A stretch of DNA of 64,000 nucleotides from Candidatus Dojkabacteria bacterium (GTDB taxonomy: Bacteria > Patescibacteriota > Dojkabacteria > SC72): the NCBI GenBank assembly GCA_040767225.1, contig JAXGOY010000002.1, forward strand, positions 17,410-81,409, written 5' to 3'. This document shows, one piece after another, positions 59,730-64,000 of this stretch. A model generated the notes under the pieces. That model was given only the letters and a program-made list of their open reading frames with translations, had not been told where the DNA came from and did no database searches. Each line of letters opens with the position of its first letter. Position 1 is the stretch's first letter. The position numbers and the translations under genes are program-made.

Positions 59730-60655
59730 TAAACTCTAAAATCCCAGATATTATCTTTTTTAAGATATTCATTCTTACAGTGTCTGCAAACTGCTCTTTT
59801 ACTTGTTATCTCTAACTCTCCTTTACATTGTGGGCACACTAAAATATCTTCTATTCTTTTACTCTCTTCTTTTCTATCATTTTCCTTTTTAGCTACTGCT
59901 TTTATAAATATACTTGGAGAGAAGTTTGTAAAGGAAAGTGTATTTTGAAATATGTTTTCCCAAAATAGAAGGAAATTTGTTTTAAAGATTTTTTTAAGAA
60001 TATTAATTCTTAAGAAAGAACAACCATATTTTTTCTCTATAATATATCCTGCTTCTGTAAGAATTTTATAGATATATTTAGGATGATAGTTAAGAAAAAG
60101 TACATGAGAGCCTTGCTTAGTTCCTTCATAATGATGTTTATCAGGCTGTTGATATGGAGAGATATTAAAAAATGAAAAATTTAAAGTAAACAAAGCTTTT
60201 ATAGTTGCTTTAATATGTATTTTATTTGCAAACTCCTGAATATATATTCCATTATTACTTTGTGTTCTAAATATTTCGGATATACATTTTTGTGGTTCTT
60301 CAATATGGTGCAGTACCCTTACCATCAGTGCTCCATCAAATACATTATCTTTAAATGGAAGAAAGTAGGCATTAGCAGCAATTAACTCTATATTAGGATA
60401 TTTACTTTTTAGCTCTTTATAGTTTTTTTGAAGGGTTTTAAGAGAATAATCAGCTATTACTGTTCTTGAATATTTTTTGTGATAGCTATCTGTAAGTCTG
60501 CCAAAGGAGCCTCCAACATCAAGAAACCATTTCCCCTTCTCGTTCTTTAAGAGTTTTTTAAGTACAAGACTCTCAGCTTCATGTTCATACTTCCTTTTAC
60601 TCCAGTATGTACTGTAGTCATAGTCATATGTATCATAATCTGCTACTTTGCTCAT
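59729..60655 (-). CDS. Class I SAM methyltransferase with C-terminal Trm112-like zinc ribbon
   Basis: FLDVGGSFGRL, LPFKDNVFD..VRVLHH; ILVCPQCKGEL..CRHC. Confidence 0.82.
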   Translation of the reverse strand: MSKVADYDTYDYDYSTYWSKRKYEHEAESLVLKKLLKNEKGKWFLDVGGSFGRLTDSYHKKYSRTVIADYSLKTLQKNYKELKSKYPNIELIAANAYFLPFKDNVFDGALMVRVLHHIEEPQKCISEIFRTQSNNGIYIQEFANKIHIKATIKALFTLNFSFFNISPYQQPDKHHYEGTKQGSHVLFLNYHPKYIYKILTEAGYIIEKKYGCSFLRINILKKIFKTNFLLFWENIFQNTLSFTNFSPSIFIKAVAKKENDRKEESKRIEDILVCPQCKGELEITSKRAVCRHCKNEYLKKDNIWDFRV

Positions 60656-62360
60656 ATTTTTGTTTTTCTTTAGTTAAAGCTTGAAACTCTTTAAGCAGTC
60701 TTTCACTCTCTTTTATATTTCCTGTTTCTTCTGCTGTAGCTATTTTAACACCATACTCTCTCTCTTTTCTAGCGAAATAGTCACGAATAATTGTATTATA
60801 CATATTAAGTAAATCTTGCGTGGAACTTTCCTCTTTAGAAAAGGAAAATATAGTATTCTCTATAAGCTCTTTTATCCTGTCATTATCATCGAAATTTTTT
60901 AGAATTTCTTCTCTTGTGGCATTAGGATTTTCCTTTATGTATGCTATTATTTCTTTGACTCTCTCATCGTCAAAAAATTTTAAATCAAAATTTTCCACAG
61001 AATATAGGCCATTTTGGAATAGAAGCAGTTGGAGGAAATCTTCTTCATGAGTAGCAATTTTGCTAGATGTGATACCACTATTTTTCGTTTGGTGTGAAAC
61101 TGGCGTCATATCAAGCCTTTTAAGAGGTTCAATTTTTGTGATCTTAAAAGTCTTTTGAGAATAGTAGTGCAAAAGTGTAGGATTCTTTACATTTGACAAC
61201 ATTTTTTCTATCCATGAAACAATCTGTTGATAGTCTTCGTAGCGATTTATGTCTCGTGACGCGATAAACTGGGTAAGAAGATAAGTGTAGGCATCTAATT
61301 TCTTAGAAATTATTTTCTTAAATTTCTCTGGATTTGTCTTTATCATCTCATCTATATCTTTATATGGGGCTGTGGTTACAGCATATGTATTTAAAGATAG
61401 CTCTTGTGAAAGAATAAATGCTCTTTCTAAAGCCTTTTGCCCTGCACTGTCGCTATCAAAAAGAAAAAGAACATTTTTTGTTAATTTTGATACTTTCTCA
61501 AGCTGTTCTTTTGTAAGAGATGTGCCAAGAGGTGCTACGATATTTTTCACTCCTATTTGATGTGCAGAGATTACATCCGTTGTTCCCTCACACAGTATTA
61601 TGAGATCTTGTTTTCGTGCCTCTTGTCTTGATTCGTACTGTCCATAAAGATTATCCTTTTTATGATATATTGGTGTCTCTGGTGAGTTCATATATTTAGG
61701 ACCAAACTCATTTCTAGGTAACACTCTTCCTGTAAAAGCTATTACTTTTCCAGTTGATGACCTTATTGGGAACATTATTCTTTTAAAGAATTTGCTTCTT
61801 AACTTTCCTTCTTTTTCAACAAATAGCCCAGATTGAAGAAGTTCACTTTTTGAGTATTTATTTTCTTTTTGAATATAGTCTAAAAGACCTAGACCACCTG
61901 GAGCGTATCCTATACCAAAGTTTTTAATACTTTCATCTGTTATACCTCTTTCTTCTTTAACATAATGTAGTGCTTGTATATTTTTAGGTTCTTTTAACTG
62001 TTTATAGAAGTATATTGCAGCTTTTCTATTTATTTCCTCTAATCTCTCAAAGAATGTGTTAGCTTTCTGCCTAGTTAAAGTTACACCAGCCTCTTTTGCG
62101 AGTTTTTCTAATGCTTCTGGGAAATCGATATTTTCTATTTTTTGAACAAATGTAAAGATATCTCCATTCTCACCGCATCCAAAGCATTTATATCTTTGAA
62201 GCTCTGGGCTTACCATAAAGGAGGGAGTTTTTTCAGTATGAAATGGACATTTCGCAGTATAGTTTTTTCCTGCTTTCTTTAAAGGTAAGTACTTTCCTAT
62301 AACATCAACAATATCCAACCTGTTCTTAATCTCTTCTATTTGATCTCTTGAAGATTCCAT
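60633..62360 (-). CDS. dnaG: DNA primase
   Basis: CPFHTEKTPSF..CFGC, RIMFPI, PKYMNSPETP, EGTTD, FDSDSAG, KDIDE. Confidence 0.96.
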   Translation of the reverse strand: MESSRDQIEEIKNRLDIVDVIGKYLPLKKAGKNYTAKCPFHTEKTPSFMVSPELQRYKCFGCGENGDIFTFVQKIENIDFPEALEKLAKEAGVTLTRQKANTFFERLEEINRKAAIYFYKQLKEPKNIQALHYVKEERGITDESIKNFGIGYAPGGLGLLDYIQKENKYSKSELLQSGLFVEKEGKLRSKFFKRIMFPIRSSTGKVIAFTGRVLPRNEFGPKYMNSPETPIYHKKDNLYGQYESRQEARKQDLIILCEGTTDVISAHQIGVKNIVAPLGTSLTKEQLEKVSKLTKNVLFLFDSDSAGQKALERAFILSQELSLNTYAVTTAPYKDIDEMIKTNPEKFKKIISKKLDAYTYLLTQFIASRDINRYEDYQQIVSWIEKMLSNVKNPTLLHYYSQKTFKITKIEPLKRLDMTPVSHQTKNSGITSSKIATHEEDFLQLLLFQNGLYSVENFDLKFFDDERVKEIIAYIKENPNATREEILKNFDDNDRIKELIENTIFSFSKEESSTQDLLNMYNTIIRDYFARKEREYGVKIATAEETGNIKESERLLKEFQALTKEKQKYEQSSRL

Positions 62361-62385
62361 ACCTAATTATATCAATTTCTGAGAG

Positions 62386-63318
62386 TTATTCGCAGAGCAG
62401 TTTATTTTCTTGAATATTGCAGGTAATCTGACCTATACCTGTCTGTGCAGATGTCAAGATTTTAACCTCTTCTCCATTTACTTTTAAAGAGGTGTTGTTT
62501 GCTTTTCCTGTAACTAAGGTAAATGTTTTTTCTACTTTGTATTCATGTTGAGTGTTTTCTTGAAGTACTCCAGATATTTTGTTTTCTCCATCAACATCTA
62601 ACTTAATCCATGCTGGAGAATTGGTTATAGATAATGTGAGAATAAACTCTTTTGTTTCTGTAGGTGTTGCTATCTCTTCATCTTTTGGTGTATATGTTAC
62701 TCTTAATGTAATTTTGTTTTGCAGCTGCGTATTTGTTTCCTTCCATGCCTTTATTGATATTGTATTTACTCCTTGTGTAAGTTTGTATTCGTATTCAAAC
62801 TCTCCATTATTATTTACTTTTATCTGCTTCCCATTTATTTCAATAATTGCTCCTGATTGAGTTTTTCCTTTTATTAAAATATTCTCTTCCTGAGATGAAA
62901 ATTCATCTTGTGGCTGTAATATTGTTAATTCTGGGGGTTTTTGAAATTTATATATCTGATAACCAATATATCCCACAATTGAGATTAAAAAGAGTATTAA
63001 CAATCCTAATCCTATTGTCTTTGGAGATATTTTAATTTTTTTCTTTTCTCTCTTTGGCTTTTTAGTTTTTTTAGTTTTTGATGGTATATTGAGACTTCTT
63101 CTGTATAATGCAAGAACTTTGTCAACATCTAGACCTAAGTATTGTGCATATATTTTGATAAAACCAGAGGCAAATACTGGAGAATCAAACTTATCAAACT
63201 CATTATTCTCAATATATTCTAGATATCTTTTTTGTATTTTAGTATCTGAGCTTATTGTATCTAGGCTTTTTCCAAGGGCTTTTCTCTTTTCTTTTATTAC
63301 TTCACCAGCGGTTATCAT
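62386..63318 (-). CDS. RodZ-like protein (HTH, TM, Ig-like, DUF4115)
   Basis: TKIQKRYLEYIE..GFIKIYAQYLGL; TM; AWIKLDVDG; directly downstream of ftsK. Confidence 0.8.
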   Translation of the reverse strand: MITAGEVIKEKRKALGKSLDTISSDTKIQKRYLEYIENNEFDKFDSPVFASGFIKIYAQYLGLDVDKVLALYRRSLNIPSKTKKTKKPKREKKKIKISPKTIGLGLLILFLISIVGYIGYQIYKFQKPPELTILQPQDEFSSQEENILIKGKTQSGAIIEINGKQIKVNNNGEFEYEYKLTQGVNTISIKAWKETNTQLQNKITLRVTYTPKDEEIATPTETKEFILTLSITNSPAWIKLDVDGENKISGVLQENTQHEYKVEKTFTLVTGKANNTSLKVNGEEVKILTSAQTGIGQITCNIQENKLLCE

Positions 63319-63339
63319 ATATGAAAGAGTATATCAAAA

Positions 63340-64000
63340 CTAGAAGCTTTCTTGTTCATCGTTTTCAGAATTGCCTAATATCTCAGATGCAGAAGAGACT
63401 AAAACATCTCTTGGTTTAACACCATCTTGTTTTCCTATAGCTCCTGCAGCTTCAAGCTGTTCCATTAATCTTGCTGCCTTGTTGTACCCTATATTTAACC
63501 TTCTCTGTAGAAGAGAAGCTGAGGCTTTTCCTTCTGCAATGACAACATCAAGAGCTTGTGGGAATTCAGGCTCTCTTTTATCTGAGATGCCACCCAATCC
63601 TTTTCCAGCTGTTGGTTTTGTAATATCAAGTTCACCTTCCTCCTTTTCTTCCATCTTTTGTGATTTAACTTGATTTATAATGTACATTGAGTCTTCTGTA
63701 GATATGAAGCAACCTTGTATTCTTATTGGTTTTGACATTGTTTGATCTTTATACAGCATATCTCCATTTCCAAGAAGATTTTCTGCTCCTGTCTGATCTA
63801 AAATTACTCTTGAATCCATTGCTGAAGGTACTGCATATGCTATTCTTCCTGAGATATTTGACTTTATTAAACCTGTAATAACTGTTACTACTGGCTTTTG
63901 AGTTGCTAGTATTAAGTGTATTCCAACAGCTCTTCCCATTTGTGCAATTCTTTGGATTTTTGATTCTACTTCAGGTCCTGCAACAAGCATTAAATCTGCC
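63340..64000 (-). CDS. ftsK: DNA translocase FtsK/SpoIIIE, C-terminal part (runs off window end)
   Basis: RIAQMGRAVGIHLILATQKP, DSRVILD..GAENLLGNGDML, gamma domain ASASLLQRRLNIGYNKAARL. Confidence 0.95.
   Translation of the reverse strand, partial: ADLMLVAGPEVESKIQRIAQMGRAVGIHLILATQKPVVTVITGLIKSNISGRIAYAVPSAMDSRVILDQTGAENLLGNGDMLYKDQTMSKPIRIQGCFISTEDSMYIINQVKSQKMEEKEEGELDITKPTAGKGLGGISDKREPEFPQALDVVIAEGKASASLLQRRLNIGYNKAARLMEQLEAAGAIGKQDGVKPRDVLVSSASEILGNSENDEQESF

Noticed and set aside
1-64000. Alternative genetic code (TGA recoded, as in Gracilibacteria/Absconditabacteria)
   Set aside because: Long genes translate fully in code 11 and TGA ends genes at expected positions (e.g. nfo overlapping the helicase start as ATGA)

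Overview
AT-rich bacterial chromosome segment read in genetic code 11 (TGA is used as stop). It spans the replication origin (dnaN-oriC-dnaA / rpmH-rnpA-yidD-yidC-jag). The gene repertoire points to a Patescibacteria/CPR organism, possibly Dojkabacteria-like; this is inference from VirB2/TrbC-like pilin repeats, a VirD4-like ATPase, DUF4012, an FtsA-like + 'baseplate J-like' pair, PilN/PilO, and apparently leaderless genes. Housekeeping content: polA (partial), ftsH, efp, hpt, a Xer-like recombinase, smpB, tmRNA, a UvrD-nuclease fusion, nfo, glnA, rnj, valS, metG, rpoD, rsmA, dnaG, a rodZ-like gene, ftsK (partial) and 7 tRNAs. Most notable: (1) an unannotated, highly structured ~270-nt transcription unit between convergent valS and metG, with a 49-codon ORF and a 15-nt complement to the 16S rRNA 3' end, in a window whose genes otherwise look SD-less; (2) a tRNA-Ile with a UAU anticodon; (3) six tandem VirB2-like pilins beside a SpoIID-type hydrolase, near a coupling ATPase; (4) a kinase-less MASE3-like sensor and a receiver-dead OmpR regulator near oriC; (5) a recognisable DnaA-trio unwinding module; (6) a decayed island at tRNA-Ser(GGA). 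Many 1-2 nt indels, often in homopolymers, suggest assembly errors, so pseudogene calls are tentative. No CRISPR, rRNA or intact IS was seen.
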